A stretch of DNA of 64,000 nt from Candidatus Multivorans sp. (GCA_965247095.1 OZ251997.1:3360001-3424000), one strand, 5' to 3'; shown: positions 17,319-30,505, numbered from the stretch's first letter. The notes: generated by a model from the sequence alone, not told the origin. Numbers and translations are program-made.

Positions 17319-18899
17319 ATGCTCCCCGTTCGCCGCGCACTGGTCTCGGTCTTCGACAAGGCGGGCCTTGAGGGACTTGGTTCGGGACTGGCGAAGCTGG
17401 GCGTCGAGATCATCTCGACCGGCGGCACGGCGCGGCAGCTCACCGAGCACGGTGTAGCCGTCACCGCGGTGTCCGATGTGACCGGCCACCCCGAGATCCT
17501 CCATGGGCGGGTCAAGAGTCTGCACCCCCGGATCTTCGGCGGCATCCTCGCCGACCGGCGGCGGCCGGAACATCGGGCGGAGCTGGAGCAGCATGAGATC
17601 CCGCCGATCGATCTGGTGGCCGTGAACCTGTACGCCTTCGCCGCCGCGGCCGCGGCCCCGGATGCGACTCTGGACGGCACGGTGGAGATGATCGACATCG
17701 GCGGCCCCAGCATGGTCCGTGCCGCGGCCAAGAACTTCGCCAACGTGGCGGTCGTCGTGGACCCGGCGGACTACCCGAGGATCCTCGAAGCGCTCCAGGC
17801 CGAGGGCGGCCTGCCCGAAGAGTTCCGGCGCGAACTGGCGCTCAAGGCGTTCCGGCACACCCAGAGCTACGACGCCGCGATCGCCGACTGGCTGGAAGGC
17901 GGCGCGGCGGAGGCGGCCGAGGCGGCCGAGGACGAGTCCCGTTCGTTGCCGGAATCCGTCCGGCTGGAACTCGAGCAGGTCCTGGCGCCGCGCTACGGGG
18001 AAAACCCGCACCAGGGAGCGGCGGTTTACAGGGAGGTGCGCGGCGCCGGCGTTCTGGGCGGTTTCCGGCAACTCCAGGGCCGGGAACTCTCCTGGAACAA
18101 CATGCTCGATGCGGACGCCGCGCGAAAGCTGTCGGCCCTGTTCGGCGCTCCGGACGACGCTCCGGCAGTGGTCATCGTCAAGCACAACAATCCGTGCGGC
18201 GTAGGTACGGGCGCGTCGCTCGTGGAAGCCTACGAGCGGGCCCTGGCCTGCGATCCGGTTTCCGCGTTCGGCTCGATCATCGCCGTCAACCGGCCCTTCA
18301 CGGGGGCCTTGGCAGAGGCCGTGGCGAAGCTCTTCGTCGAGGTCATTGTGGCGCCCTCCTTTGAGCCGGCCGCACTGGAGCGGCTGGGCCGAAAGAAGAA
18401 CCTCCGCCTGCTTGAGTGTCCGCCCTTCTCTGCTTCGGACGGCGCCTACGAGCTGCGAGCCGTCGACGGCGGTTTCATCGCCCAACACCTCGATAGCGCT
18501 CCGGAAGACCCGCGGGAGTGGACCTGTCCCACCCGGGCGCAGCCCGACGAGGCGCAACTGCGGGCGCTCGACTTCGCCTGGCGGGTGTGCCGGGCGACGA
18601 AGTCGAACGCGATCGTGGTCACCAACGAACACCAGACGGTCGGCATCGGCGCCGGCCAGATGAGTCGGGTCGATTCCTGCCGCATCGCGCTCGACAAGGC
18701 GCAACTCTCCGTTGCCGGCACGGTGGCCGCCTCGGACGCCTTCTTCCCCTTCCGCGACGGTGTCGACACCCTGGCCGAGGCCGGAGTGGCCGCGATCGTC
18801 CAGCCCGGCGGCTCCGTCCGCGACGACGAGGTGATCGCGGCTGCCGACGAGCACGGCATCGTCATGCTCCTGACCGGTCGCCGCCACTTCAAGCACTAA
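17319..18899 (+). CDS. purH: Bifunctional AICAR formyltransferase/IMP cyclohydrolase
   Basis: RRALVSVFDK, ISTGGT, GRVKSLHP, IDIGGPSMVRAAAKN, RYGENPHQ, KHNNPCG, ASDAFFPF, QPGGSVRD. Confidence 0.97.
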   Translation: MLPVRRALVSVFDKAGLEGLGSGLAKLGVEIISTGGTARQLTEHGVAVTAVSDVTGHPEILHGRVKSLHPRIFGGILADRRRPEHRAELEQHEIPPIDLVAVNLYAFAAAAAAPDATLDGTVEMIDIGGPSMVRAAAKNFANVAVVVDPADYPRILEALQAEGGLPEEFRRELALKAFRHTQSYDAAIADWLEGGAAEAAEAAEDESRSLPESVRLELEQVLAPRYGENPHQGAAVYREVRGAGVLGGFRQLQGRELSWNNMLDADAARKLSALFGAPDDAPAVVIVKHNNPCGVGTGASLVEAYERALACDPVSAFGSIIAVNRPFTGALAEAVAKLFVEVIVAPSFEPAALERLGRKKNLRLLECPPFSASDGAYELRAVDGGFIAQHLDSAPEDPREWTCPTRAQPDEAQLRALDFAWRVCRATKSNAIVVTNEHQTVGIGAGQMSRVDSCRIALDKAQLSVAGTVAASDAFFPFRDGVDTLAEAGVAAIVQPGGSVRDDEVIAAADEHGIVMLLTGRRHFKH

Positions 18900-19543
18900 T
18901 GGGGCCCGCGCGTACGGTGGCCTTGGCGCCCGTCCTTGCAGCGGTCTGCCTGCTCTCTGCCGGCGGTGCGGTGGCCGACGATCCGTGGCTCGTTCTCGAC
19001 GACTTCCGGCGCTCGCTCGAAGCCTCGGGACCGCTCTCGGCGGGCTTCGTGCAGACCTTTGTGCCCTACGGATTCGATCCGGAGGACGGCGAGACGGAGC
19101 GGGGCAACCTCGCCGTCGCCCTGCCGGGCTGCCTGCGCTGGGACTACTCGCCCCCCTTCGAGAAGGCCTTCCTGCTGTGCGACCGGACGGTGTACCACTG
19201 GAACCCCGGCGAGTCGGTCGGTCAGCGCTATGACCTGTCGGAGGAGCTGGCCCCGGGGCTCGACTTCTTCCTCCTCACCACCGACGATCTCCGGCGCCGG
19301 TACGAGGCGGAGCTCGACCCGGCGCCCGGGAAACGCCTGCGCCTGGTTCTGCGCCCGCTCGAACCGAGCGAAGACGTCGCCCTTGTGCAGGTTGTGATCG
19401 ACCGCGAAGAGCAACGTCTGCGCGAACTGACCTACTACGACGCCCAGCGCAACGAGAACCGCTTCATCGTCGGCGACTACCGCAGCGGAGCAGCCCCCGG
19501 CCGCTTCGAACCGCCCCCCGGAATCGAGTGGGAGGAACCCTAG
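18899..19543 (+). CDS. lolA: Outer-membrane lipoprotein carrier LolA-like protein
   Basis: ATG overlaps the purH stop; signal peptide; AGFVQT, PGCLRWDY. Confidence 0.7.
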   Translation: MGPARTVALAPVLAAVCLLSAGGAVADDPWLVLDDFRRSLEASGPLSAGFVQTFVPYGFDPEDGETERGNLAVALPGCLRWDYSPPFEKAFLLCDRTVYHWNPGESVGQRYDLSEELAPGLDFFLLTTDDLRRRYEAELDPAPGKRLRLVLRPLEPSEDVALVQVVIDREEQRLRELTYYDAQRNENRFIVGDYRSGAAPGRFEPPPGIEWEEP

Positions 19544-19566
19544 GAGCTCCGCGCCGCCGGGCAGCT

Positions 19567-20514
19567 CTAGCTCCGCGCCCTCGCCGCCCGGAGCTCCCTC
19601 ACCCCGTACACCACCACGGTGTCGAAGGTGCGCGAAGCCGAGTCCCTCCAGGCCGGCCTGCCGGCGGTCAGCACCAGTGCCCGCCGTTGACACTCCCCCG
19701 CGTGACACAACCGAAGGTGCCGGTGGGAGGTCCCGTCCTCCGGTCGGAACTCGAGTTCGAGCACCCCGGTGACCTCGCGGCCGAAGTCCACGCGGAAGGA
19801 CGACTGCTCTCCGGGCGCGATCTCAAGGCCGGGGGACGAGGACACGCGGACGATGCGATGCGGCCCTGCGGCCCGCCAGATCGGCGCCGGCTTCGCCAGT
19901 GCGCCCCGGGCCACCCGGCCCCACCGGCCGACAGGAGGCCGCCCCCATGCGCGGACGGTCCCCAGTTGGGCGGCGTCCACGCCATGCGCGTCTCCCTTCG
20001 CCAGGCGCGGATCCCAGACGTCGAGGAACCGCCAGTTGCGGTCGGTCACGACCGCCATCGAGCCGTCGTCGAGTTCGATGCCCGCGAGCGCGCCGCCGTC
20101 GCCGTACGGAGTGCGCGCCTCGATCGTCAAGCGGTTGGGGCCGGCGCGCAGCAGGTGCGCGACCTGGAACTCGTCGATGGGCTCGCCGCGCCGGAAACCG
20201 CCGCGCGCGATCTGGTGGCCGTTCAGGTGAACCGCGTACTCCCGGTCGGCGGTGACGAAGAGGCGCGCCGCCGCCTCCGGCGCCTCCTCCAGCTCGAAGT
20301 CGGCCAGCAGCAGATAGGCCGCCGGCCGGCCGGGTTCCGAGTCCGCCGCCTCCGGCCAGATCCACTCCGCCGCGCCGGTCGGCGGCGAGGAGTCGCCGCA
20401 GCCCGCCAGCAGGCTTCCCGTGAGCAGGGCGGCGGCGAGCAGGCCCTTCCGGGCGCCGGAAACCGGGCGCCCCTGCCCCCACCAGCCTCTGACCGATCGA
20501 CGCGTCACATGCAC
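19567..20514 (-). CDS. Lipoprotein with alpha-L-rhamnosidase N-terminal-like domain
   Basis: LLAGC lipobox; AEWIW, ARLFVTADREYAVHLNG, VVTDRNWR, VDFGREVTG. Confidence 0.6.
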   Translation of the reverse strand: MHVTRRSVRGWWGQGRPVSGARKGLLAAALLTGSLLAGCGDSSPPTGAAEWIWPEAADSEPGRPAAYLLLADFELEEAPEAAARLFVTADREYAVHLNGHQIARGGFRRGEPIDEFQVAHLLRAGPNRLTIEARTPYGDGGALAGIELDDGSMAVVTDRNWRFLDVWDPRLAKGDAHGVDAAQLGTVRAWGRPPVGRWGRVARGALAKPAPIWRAAGPHRIVRVSSSPGLEIAPGEQSSFRVDFGREVTGVLELEFRPEDGTSHRHLRLCHAGECQRRALVLTAGRPAWRDSASRTFDTVVVYGVRELRAARARS

Positions 20515-20609
20515 GCCGCGAGCGTATCGGCCCAGAGGGAAACCGGTTGGACGGGGGCGACGGTGACAGGAGGTTTGACCGGCGGCGCGCCGCGCGGGTA
20601 GGGTCGTGT

Positions 20610-23101
<2,492 letters not shown>

Positions 23102-23108
23102 GTACGCG

Positions 23109-23948
23109 GTGACGGCTGACGGCTTCGAACTCGCGCCGGGAATCGCGCTCGGTCGCGGCGGCCTGCCCGTGATTGCCGGCCCGTGCGTGATCGAGGGCCG
23201 CGACTGGCTCGTGGGTGTGGGCCAGCAGCTCCAGGCGATGAGCCATCGCCTCGGGCTGCCGCTGATCTTCAAATCCTCGTTCGACAAGGCGAACCGCAGC
23301 TCGGGCGACAGCTTCCGGGGACCGGGGCTGACCGAAGGGCTGGCGGCGCTGGCCGAGGTCAAGGCGGCGACCGGACTTCCGGTGTTGACCGATGTCCACG
23401 AACCGCACCAGTGCGGGCCGGCGGCCGAAGTCTGCGATGTGCTCCAGATCCCCGCCTTCCTCTGCCGCCAGACCGACCTGGTGGTGGAGGCTGCCGCCAC
23501 CGGCAGAGCCCTCCTGATCAAGAAGGGCCAGTTCATGGCCCCGGCCGAGATGGTGCGGGTGGTCGACAAGGCGCGCGGCACAGGCAACGCCAGGATCGCG
23601 GTGACCGAGCGCGGCAACTCCTTCGGGTACCACAACCTCGTCGTCGACATGCGCGGTTTCTCGATCCTCGCCGAGCATCGGATCGCCGTCCTCTACGACG
23701 TCACGCACTCGCTGCAACTGCCCGGCGCCCGCGAGAAGGAGAGCGGCGGCGACCGCCGGTTTGCGGAGCCGCTGACCCGCGCCGCGATTGCCGCCGGCGC
23801 CGCCGGCCTCTATCTCGAGGTGCACCCGGATCCGGACTGCGCGCAGTGCGACCGGGAGACGCAGTTACCGCTGGCGCGCGCCGAGAACCTGCTCCTGTCG
23901 GCGCTCGAGATTCACCGCTCGCGCGTCGCCGAGGGGCCCTGGGTCTAG
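23109..23948 (+). CDS. kdsA: KDO 8-phosphate synthase
   Basis: IAGPCVIE, FKSSFDKANRSS, QIPAFLCRQTDL, KKGQF, ERGNSFGY, EVHPDP. Confidence 0.95.
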   Translation: MTADGFELAPGIALGRGGLPVIAGPCVIEGRDWLVGVGQQLQAMSHRLGLPLIFKSSFDKANRSSGDSFRGPGLTEGLAALAEVKAATGLPVLTDVHEPHQCGPAAEVCDVLQIPAFLCRQTDLVVEAAATGRALLIKKGQFMAPAEMVRVVDKARGTGNARIAVTERGNSFGYHNLVVDMRGFSILAEHRIAVLYDVTHSLQLPGAREKESGGDRRFAEPLTRAAIAAGAAGLYLEVHPDPDCAQCDRETQLPLARAENLLLSALEIHRSRVAEGPWV

Positions 23949-23954
23949 CAGTCC

Positions 23955-24983
23955 GTGGCGAAAGTGGCCGAACTCGCGACAACAGCGACCGCCGAATCGG
24001 AGCGCAGCCTGGAGATAGCCCGAGCCGTGCTCGAGATCGAAGCGGCGGCGATCCGCGGCTTGATCGGGCAACTCGGGGACTCCTTCGCGGAGGCGGTGTA
24101 CCGCATGCGCGATTGCCGGGGACGGGTGGTCTGCACCGGCATGGGCAAGAGCGGCCACGTGATGAAGAAGGTGGCGGCCACCCTGGCTTCCACCGGCACC
24201 CCGGCCCTGTTCATCCACCCGGCCGAGGCGATCCACGGCGACCTGGGCATGATCGTGCCCGGCGACGTGGTCCTGGCCGCCTCGTCGTCCGGCGGCACCG
24301 AAGAGCTGCTGCGGATGATGGACGTGCTGCATCGCCGCGGCGTGCCCCTGATCGCCATCACCGGAGGTGCGAAGAGCCCGATCGCCGAACGCGCCGACCT
24401 CCACCTGTCGGCGGCGATCGACCAGGAGGCATGTCCCCTCAACCTCGCGCCGACGGCATCGACGACGGCCACCCTGGCCCTGGGCGACGCTCTCGCCATG
24501 GCGCTGCTCGAGGCGCGCGGGTTCACGCTCGAGGACTTCGCCACGCTTCATCCGGGCGGCGAGCTCGGCCGGCGGTTGATGACGGTGGATCAGGTCATGC
24601 ACGGCGACGCCGCCGTGCCCCGGGTCGGGCTTCAGGCTTCGATGCGGGAGGCGCTGTTCGAGATGACCGAGAAGTCGTTCGGCATCACCGCCATCGTCGA
24701 CGACGCCGGGGGTCTCTGCGGCGTGATCTCGGACGGCGATCTGCGGCGCCTGCTGAACACGGACCCGGCCGCGGGCGGGTCCGCCGGCGGCGCCTTCCTC
24801 GACCGCGCGGTCTGCAACTACATGACGCCCGAACCGAAGACGATCCAGGCTGACACCCTGGTCACGGTCGCCCTCGAGGCGATGGAGAGGCACCGGATCA
24901 CGTCCCTGTTCATCTGTCACGGCGACGGCCGCCTGCGCGGCCTCGTCCACATCCACGATCTCTGGGGTCTGCGCCGCCGGTAA
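23955..24983 (+). CDS. kdsD: Arabinose-5-phosphate isomerase (KpsF/GutQ; SIS + CBS domains)
   Basis: GMGKSGH, LASTGTPALFIHPAEAIHGDLG, EACPLNLAPTASTT, HPGGELG. Confidence 0.95.
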   Translation: MAKVAELATTATAESERSLEIARAVLEIEAAAIRGLIGQLGDSFAEAVYRMRDCRGRVVCTGMGKSGHVMKKVAATLASTGTPALFIHPAEAIHGDLGMIVPGDVVLAASSSGGTEELLRMMDVLHRRGVPLIAITGGAKSPIAERADLHLSAAIDQEACPLNLAPTASTTATLALGDALAMALLEARGFTLEDFATLHPGGELGRRLMTVDQVMHGDAAVPRVGLQASMREALFEMTEKSFGITAIVDDAGGLCGVISDGDLRRLLNTDPAAGGSAGGAFLDRAVCNYMTPEPKTIQADTLVTVALEAMERHRITSLFICHGDGRLRGLVHIHDLWGLRRR

Positions 24984-24991
24984 CCGGGGCT

Positions 24992-25492
24992 GTGTCTTCC
25001 ATGCTCTCCTCGATCATCCTGCGGCTCCGCTTCCTGCTCTTCGATGTCGACGGCGTGCTCACCGACGGCCGGCTCTTCTACGTCGGGGACGAGGTGGCGG
25101 TGGCGTTCGACGTCAAGGACGGTCTGGCAGTGCGGCGAGCGCGCGAGGCGGGTCTGGGGATGGGTATCCTGAGCGCCAGAGACTCCGCCGCGGTCGCGCG
25201 CCGCGCCGCCGACCTGGGCTTCGACGAGGTCCTTCTGGGCTGCCGGGACAAGGCGGCGGCCTTCGCGGACCTGCTGGAGCGTCGGGCGCTCGACCCCTCC
25301 GAAGTGGCCTACGTCGGCGACGACCTGGTCGATCTGCCCGTGCTCCGCCGCGCGGGCCTGTCCGTCGCCCCGGCCGACGCGGTGCCCGAAGTGCGCGACA
25401 ACGTCGACCTGGTGCTCAACGCCCGCGGCGGCCGCGGCGTGGCCCGGGAACTGGTGGAGCGGATCGTCGAGGCGCTGGGACCGGTCTCCTAA
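24992..25492 (+). CDS. kdsC: KDO 8-phosphate phosphatase (HAD)
   Basis: FDVDGVLTDG, FDVKDG, AYVGDDLVDL, GGRGVARE. Confidence 0.92.
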   Translation: MSSMLSSIILRLRFLLFDVDGVLTDGRLFYVGDEVAVAFDVKDGLAVRRAREAGLGMGILSARDSAAVARRAADLGFDEVLLGCRDKAAAFADLLERRALDPSEVAYVGDDLVDLPVLRRAGLSVAPADAVPEVRDNVDLVLNARGGRGVARELVERIVEALGPVS

Positions 25493-25496
25493 CTAG

Positions 25497-27250
25497 TGTC
25501 CGCCAGAAAACCCAGCAAGCCATTGAGTTTGCAGGTCTTTGCGAGGATTCTGTAACGGGAAGATAGTGGTCATCGGTTAGCCTTTTGGGCGAAGTCGGCC
25601 AGTTATGGGTCCGTTTCGGGTGATCTTCGGGGAGGTGGGCGATGCGGGAGGTGCAAAGTCGGCAGTTCAAGGTCGGCCAAGTGCCGATCGGGGAGATTTG
25701 GATCGACCCAAAGTCTCGGGACGACATCCCGGCGGTGTTGAAGGGTCTTCAGCACCTCTGGTGCGACGAGGAGTTGCGTGGTCGTCTGTTCGATCTCCTG
25801 GACGAGCACGTGTTGCCGGGGACCGACCGGAAGGTTGGTCGTCCAGGCATGGAGTTGTGGCGGATTCTGGTGTTGGGGGTGCTGCAGCAGGGTCTGGGCT
25901 GCGACTTCGACCGGCTTCAGGAGTTGGCCAACCAGCACGCGACCGTGCGCGCGTTCCTGGGTCACGGTGAGTTCGGCGACAAGAGCTACTACGAGTACCA
26001 GACGGTGGCGGACAACGTGTGTCTGTTGACGCCGGCGCTATTGTCCGAGGTGGGCAGATTGGTGGTGGAAAGCGGCCATGCGGTCGCGCGAAAAAAGCCT
26101 GGCGAGCCGTTGCGCGGGCGGTGTGACTCGTTCGTGGTCGAGACGGACGTGCATTACCCGACGGACGTGAATCTGCTGTGGGATGCGATGCGGCGCCTTG
26201 TGCGGGAGACCGGTCGATCGGCAGGGAGGCACGGCATCGGTGGCTGGCGTCAGTGGCGGCATCAGTCGAGGTTGGTGCGCAGGCTGTTCCACAAGGTACG
26301 TGGGACGCGCCGGGCGAAGCGGTTTCCGGCCCGTGTGAGGGCGTACTTGGCGCAGTGCGGCGAGCTGGTGGCGCGGGCGACAACCACTGTCGAGGCGCTG
26401 CGGGCTGCGGGGTGTGAAGCGGCCTGTGAATCGATCGAGGGCTTCATCGGCCATGCTCGGCGTCAGATCGACCAGGTCGAGCGCCGGCTGCTTCTGGGCG
26501 AGACGATTCCTCATCGGGAGAAGGTCTTCTCGATCTTCGAGCCGCACACGCGATGGGTCTCGAAGGGCAAGGCGGGCACGCCGGTGGAGCTCGGAGTCCC
26601 GGTGGCGCTGATCGAGGACCAGTATCGGTTCATCCTTCACCACGAGGTGCTGTGGCACGGCGAGGACGTCGATGCGGCAGTGCCGCTGGTGAGGGCGGCC
26701 CAGGAGCGGTTCCCGGACCTGCGGGCGTGCAGCTTCGACCGAGGTTTCCACAGTTCGGAGAACCGCATCCGGCTTGACCAGATTCTTGATCTCAACGTCC
26801 TGCCGAAGAAGGGGTATCTGTCTCGCGCCGATCGGGAGCGGGAGAACGGTGAAGCCTTCGCCGCCGCACGGCGTGCGCATCCGGCAGTCGAGTCGGCCAT
26901 CAACGCTCTGGAGCATCGCGGCCTCGACCGTGTCCGAAGCTGCGGCGCCGATGGCTTCGAGCGCACCGTCGCTCTCTCGGTGCTCGCGGCCAACCTGCAT
27001 CGCCTCGGCCGCTTGCTGCAGCAGCTCGAACGAAGACGCCAGCGGCGACGACGCGCCGCCTAACGGCGACGCCTTTCCGAAAACCGAATCAGCGCCGAGC
27101 ACCGGAGGCGCCGCCCTGCCCGACAAACCCTGATTGCGCCTCGTAAACACCAGAACCGCCCTCGCTCGCCACCGCGCGGCTCCGATCCCGCCAATCATGC
27201 GCCAATGAAACGACCCAGAACCCGAGAAAGACGGCGTTTTCTGGCGGACA
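25497..27250 (+). mobile_element. Intact insertion sequence (ISNCY/IS5-like DDE)
   Basis: 15-bp perfect terminal IRs TGTCCGCCAGAAAAC / GTTTTCTGGCGGACA, each flanked by CTAG (25493-96, 27251-54), consistent with a target duplication. Confidence 0.92.
25642..27063 (+). CDS. DDE transposase (ISNCY-type)
   Basis: RCDSFVVETDVHYPTD, EKVFSIFEPHTRW, SFDRGFHS, HPAVESAINALE. Confidence 0.9.
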   Translation: MREVQSRQFKVGQVPIGEIWIDPKSRDDIPAVLKGLQHLWCDEELRGRLFDLLDEHVLPGTDRKVGRPGMELWRILVLGVLQQGLGCDFDRLQELANQHATVRAFLGHGEFGDKSYYEYQTVADNVCLLTPALLSEVGRLVVESGHAVARKKPGEPLRGRCDSFVVETDVHYPTDVNLLWDAMRRLVRETGRSAGRHGIGGWRQWRHQSRLVRRLFHKVRGTRRAKRFPARVRAYLAQCGELVARATTTVEALRAAGCEAACESIEGFIGHARRQIDQVERRLLLGETIPHREKVFSIFEPHTRWVSKGKAGTPVELGVPVALIEDQYRFILHHEVLWHGEDVDAAVPLVRAAQERFPDLRACSFDRGFHSSENRIRLDQILDLNVLPKKGYLSRADRERENGEAFAAARRAHPAVESAINALEHRGLDRVRSCGADGFERTVALSVLAANLHRLGRLLQQLERRRQRRRRAA

Positions 27251-27254
27251 CTAG

Positions 27255-27950
27255 CTAGGGCGGCGCCGGATCGAGCCCGACGTCGTTCGCCGCGCCGGCC
27301 CTGTCGGAGCGACCCGACAGGAGTTCGGTGAGGCGACGCTCTTCCTCGGGCTGATCGAAGACTTGCAGCATCTTCTTGCGCGAAGGGTTCTGCGGCAGCA
27401 TGGCCCGAAGCCGCTGCTCCTCGCGCTCGGGGAGCCCGGCGAGATCCGCCAAGGTGGGGTAGATTTCAAGCAGCTCGGCGGTCCGGTCGCAGAATCCTCC
27501 CTTCGCTTCGACCCCGGGGCCGGCGAAAATGATCGGCACGCGGCAGGAGCGCTCCCAGAGTGTGTACTTGCGCCATTGGTTCGATAGGTACCTCGCCGCC
27601 CAATCGGCGAGCTGGGTGTCGGACGTCTCTTCGTCGTCGACGTCGAGGGAGCTCCAGTCGAAGTTGCTGCGGTCGAGCTCGTTCACCGGCCAGCCGGGGG
27701 CCCACAGAAAGCCACGGAAGCTGTTGTAGTAGTGCCACGACGCGGCCTCGTTCTGGGTGTTGTGAAACGTCTTGCCGCCGCCGATCGCTTCATAGCTGTG
27801 CTGCATGAAGTGCTGGGGCAGAGTGACGGCCAGCGGCATGGCGTCGCGCCAGACGTCGCCGTTGCCGTAGCAGCCGGAGGTGGTCGGGCGCCTGCCGGTC
27901 ATCAGACTCGCCCGAGAGGGGTTGCAGGCGGGCGTCTGGCAGTAGGCCGT
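27255..27950 (-). pseudogene. Sulfatase remnant with internal deletions
   Basis: AYCQTPACNPSRASLMTG (CxPSR), GGKTFH, then jumps directly to WRKYTLWERSCRVP. Confidence 0.75.
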
Positions 27951-28755
27951 TGCAGGTGGGGGCGGTCGGGCAGGAAGTTACGGATGTACTTGAAGCGCGT
28001 CGTCCGTAGCGCTCTGATGTGGTCGACCGTCTCATCGCAGCGGTCGCGAGCGGCAAAGATCGCCGTCCGCTTCTCGTAGTCCTGGCCGAGGATGTCGCGA
28101 GCTTGCATGTATTCGGGAATCTCGATTCCGGCGAGTGCGAGCGAAAGGGTCCCGATATCGATGTGCTCCACGAGGTCGTCGCGAACCTGCCCGGGCTCGA
28201 TGGTCGGTCCGGCGATGACCAGAGGCACGTGCAGGCCTTCGTCGTAGAGAAACTGCTTCCCCCTGGCATGGCTGATTCCGTGGTCGGTCATGAAGAGAAC
28301 GACCGTGTCCTCATGGTCGCCCTCGTCTTCGAGCCGTGCAATGACGTCGCCGACGAACTTGTCTGTGAGCCGAACCGAGTCGAGGTAGGCCGCCCAATCC
28401 GCCAACAGGACCGGATCGTTCGGATAGTAGGGCGGAAGCTTCACCTTGGAGGGATCGGTCTTGCTCCCCAACAGCTTCTCGACGCGAGCGCTGATCTGTC
28501 GGAACGACTCGAGTGATTGGCCGCGGTGTTTTCCGCCGGGGAGGTGAACCTGCGCGAAGAAGGGTTGGCCGGGTCGACGGCGACTCCAGTCGGGGCCGTC
28601 GTACATGGCTCGGTCCCATTCGAAGTTGTAGTGCGTCTTCCCCAGAGTGGCTCGATCCGTGTTGGGCCACCCGGTGATCGCGGTGTAATAGCCGGCTTCT
28701 CGAAACAGCTCGGGGATCGGCCGGATGCCAGGAGGTAAGTGGATCTTCAGCTTCC
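27951..28755 (-). pseudogene. Second sulfatase remnant (N- and C-terminally truncated)
   Basis: ELFREAGYYT, QPFFAQV, MTDHG, LYDEGLHVPLVI, AARDRCDE; no start and no CxPxR motif. Confidence 0.75.
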
Positions 28756-29700
28756 CCGAAGGCGTCCGCTTCGACCGCGCCTACTGCAATGCGCCCGTAT
28801 GCGTCCCCTCCCGCGGGTCGATCATTACCGGCCTCCACCCCCACAACCACGGGGCGAAGATTCTGCGAGACCCGCTGCCCAACGAAGTGCGCACGGTCGC
28901 CCACTACTTCAAGGATCACGGCTACGTCACCGGCGCGATCGGCAAGATGCACTTCGTCGACGAGACCCGGCGGCACGGCTTCGACCACAGGCTCTATCGC
29001 GACGATCACCTCAACCGGCTCACCCGGGCTGAGCAGCAGGCGTTTCGAGACGATCAATACGCGGCGTACCCCGAGGACGGCGGGTACGCGACCGGGCTGA
29101 GCGGCTCCGCCTCGACTCTGCCGGAGAGGTACTTCCCCGATACGTTTTACGCCGAGGAGTCGGTCGCCTTTCTGCGCGAGAACAAGGACCGCCCCTTCTG
29201 CCTGTGGACGTCGTTCTACATGCCGCACACGCCTCTGGTGCCGGCAAAGCGGTACTGGGACATGTACGACGGAGTCAGTCTCAGTCTGCCCGAGCGTTCG
29301 GATCGGGAGCTGGAGGACGGCTTCGAGGGGCACTTGATTCGCGCCAGGCAGCGTGGCTGGTACGACCAGAAAGACGACGATCTGCGTGACGCGATTCGCG
29401 GCTATTACGGCAACATCTCCCAGACGGACGCCAACGTCGGGCGGGTGTTCGACACGTTGCGCGAGCTGGGGCTCGACAGGAACACGGTGGTCGTCTACAC
29501 CTCGGACCACGGTGAGATGGCCGGTGCGCACCGCACGTGGACCAAGCACAACATGTACGAGCAGAGCGTGAACGTGCCGCTGGTCGTGCGCATGCCGGAG
29601 CGGATGGAAGCCGGGACCGCCCGCACGCAGCTCATCGAGCACGCCGATCTGCTCCCGACTCTGACCGAGCTGTGCGGGCTGGGGAGTCCCTCTGACCGCC
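28756..29700 (+). pseudogene. Third sulfatase remnant (choline-sulfatase-like), truncated at both ends
   Basis: Begins abruptly at EGVRFDRAYCNAPVCVPSR; GKMHF, TSDHGEMAG, KHNMYEQS. Confidence 0.75.
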
Positions 29701-29826
29701 GTCGCCGAGCGCCTCTACGCTGGTTGAAGGAGCTCCGAATCATGCGGGCGCCATCGACATGACGGCCTGCTGCACTCCCTCGCGTGATCCCGATCGGCCG
29801 GCCAGCGGCGCAGACCCAGCCGCTGC

Positions 29827-30153
29827 GGCGCCGACTGGCGTCATCCCGAGGGACCGGGATCGTCGATCGCCCGGCGCGAGGACCATCCCGTCGTCCAGGT
29901 GTCGCACAACGATGCCGTGGCCTACTGCGCGTGGGCGGGATGCCGGCTCCCTACCGAGGCGGAGTGGGAGCTCGCGGCTCGCGGAGGAGTGGAGCAGACC
30001 GCGCTGCCCTGGGGCGACGAGCTCGAGCCCGATGGCGAGCATCGCTGCCACGTCTCCTACTGCAGTCGCTACCGCCTGTCGGCCCGTACCCACAACACGC
30101 CCGACAGCGCAGCGGGACACATGGGCTTTCGCTGCGCCGCCGACGTCGGCTAG
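29827..30153 (+). pseudogene. Formylglycine-generating enzyme (SUMF1/FGE) remnant
   Basis: ADWRHPEGP, HPVVQVS, RLPTEAEWELAARGG joined directly to SYCSRYR and HMGFRC. Confidence 0.8.
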
Positions 30154-30172
30154 CGAAGGGGACTCCTGGTCT

Positions 30173-30217
30173 GAGCACGCTCCCGCGCTGTACGTCGAGC
30201 TGGCGGACGGCGCTCCT
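30173..30217 (+). repeat. Repeat segment A (copy of 32231-32275)
   Basis: 45 bp, 4 mismatches. Confidence 0.85.
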
Positions 30218-30302
30218 TCCCCCGCGGTAGTAGGCTCTGGCGGTCAGGTTTGCAATGCCCCGCGGGATCGGCTGCGGATGAGAGTTCGCGTGGAGGTCGA
30301 GA

Positions 30303-30500
30303 ATGAAGTACCAGGTAGCGCTTCAGGAGTCCGAAGAGGGCTTCAGCGTCTGGGTGCCGGGCCTGCCCGGCTGCGTGTCCCAGGGTGAGACCGAAGAGGA
30401 AGCGCTGGCCAACATCGCTGAGGCGGTCCGGGAGTACCTGGAAGTGGCTGCTGAAAACGCGGCTGGTATGAAGATCCGGGAAATCGAAGTCGCCGTATAG
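30303..30500 (+). CDS. HicB-family antitoxin (short)
   Basis: VWVPGLPGCVSQGETEEEALANIAEAVREYL. Confidence 0.9.
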   Translation: MKYQVALQESEEGFSVWVPGLPGCVSQGETEEEALANIAEAVREYLEVAAENAAGMKIREIEVAV

Positions 30501-30505
30501 AGGCG

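Noticed and set aside
26088-26100. A6G slippery sequence in the transposase
   Set aside because: The transposase ORF is already continuous through it, so no frameshift is needed.
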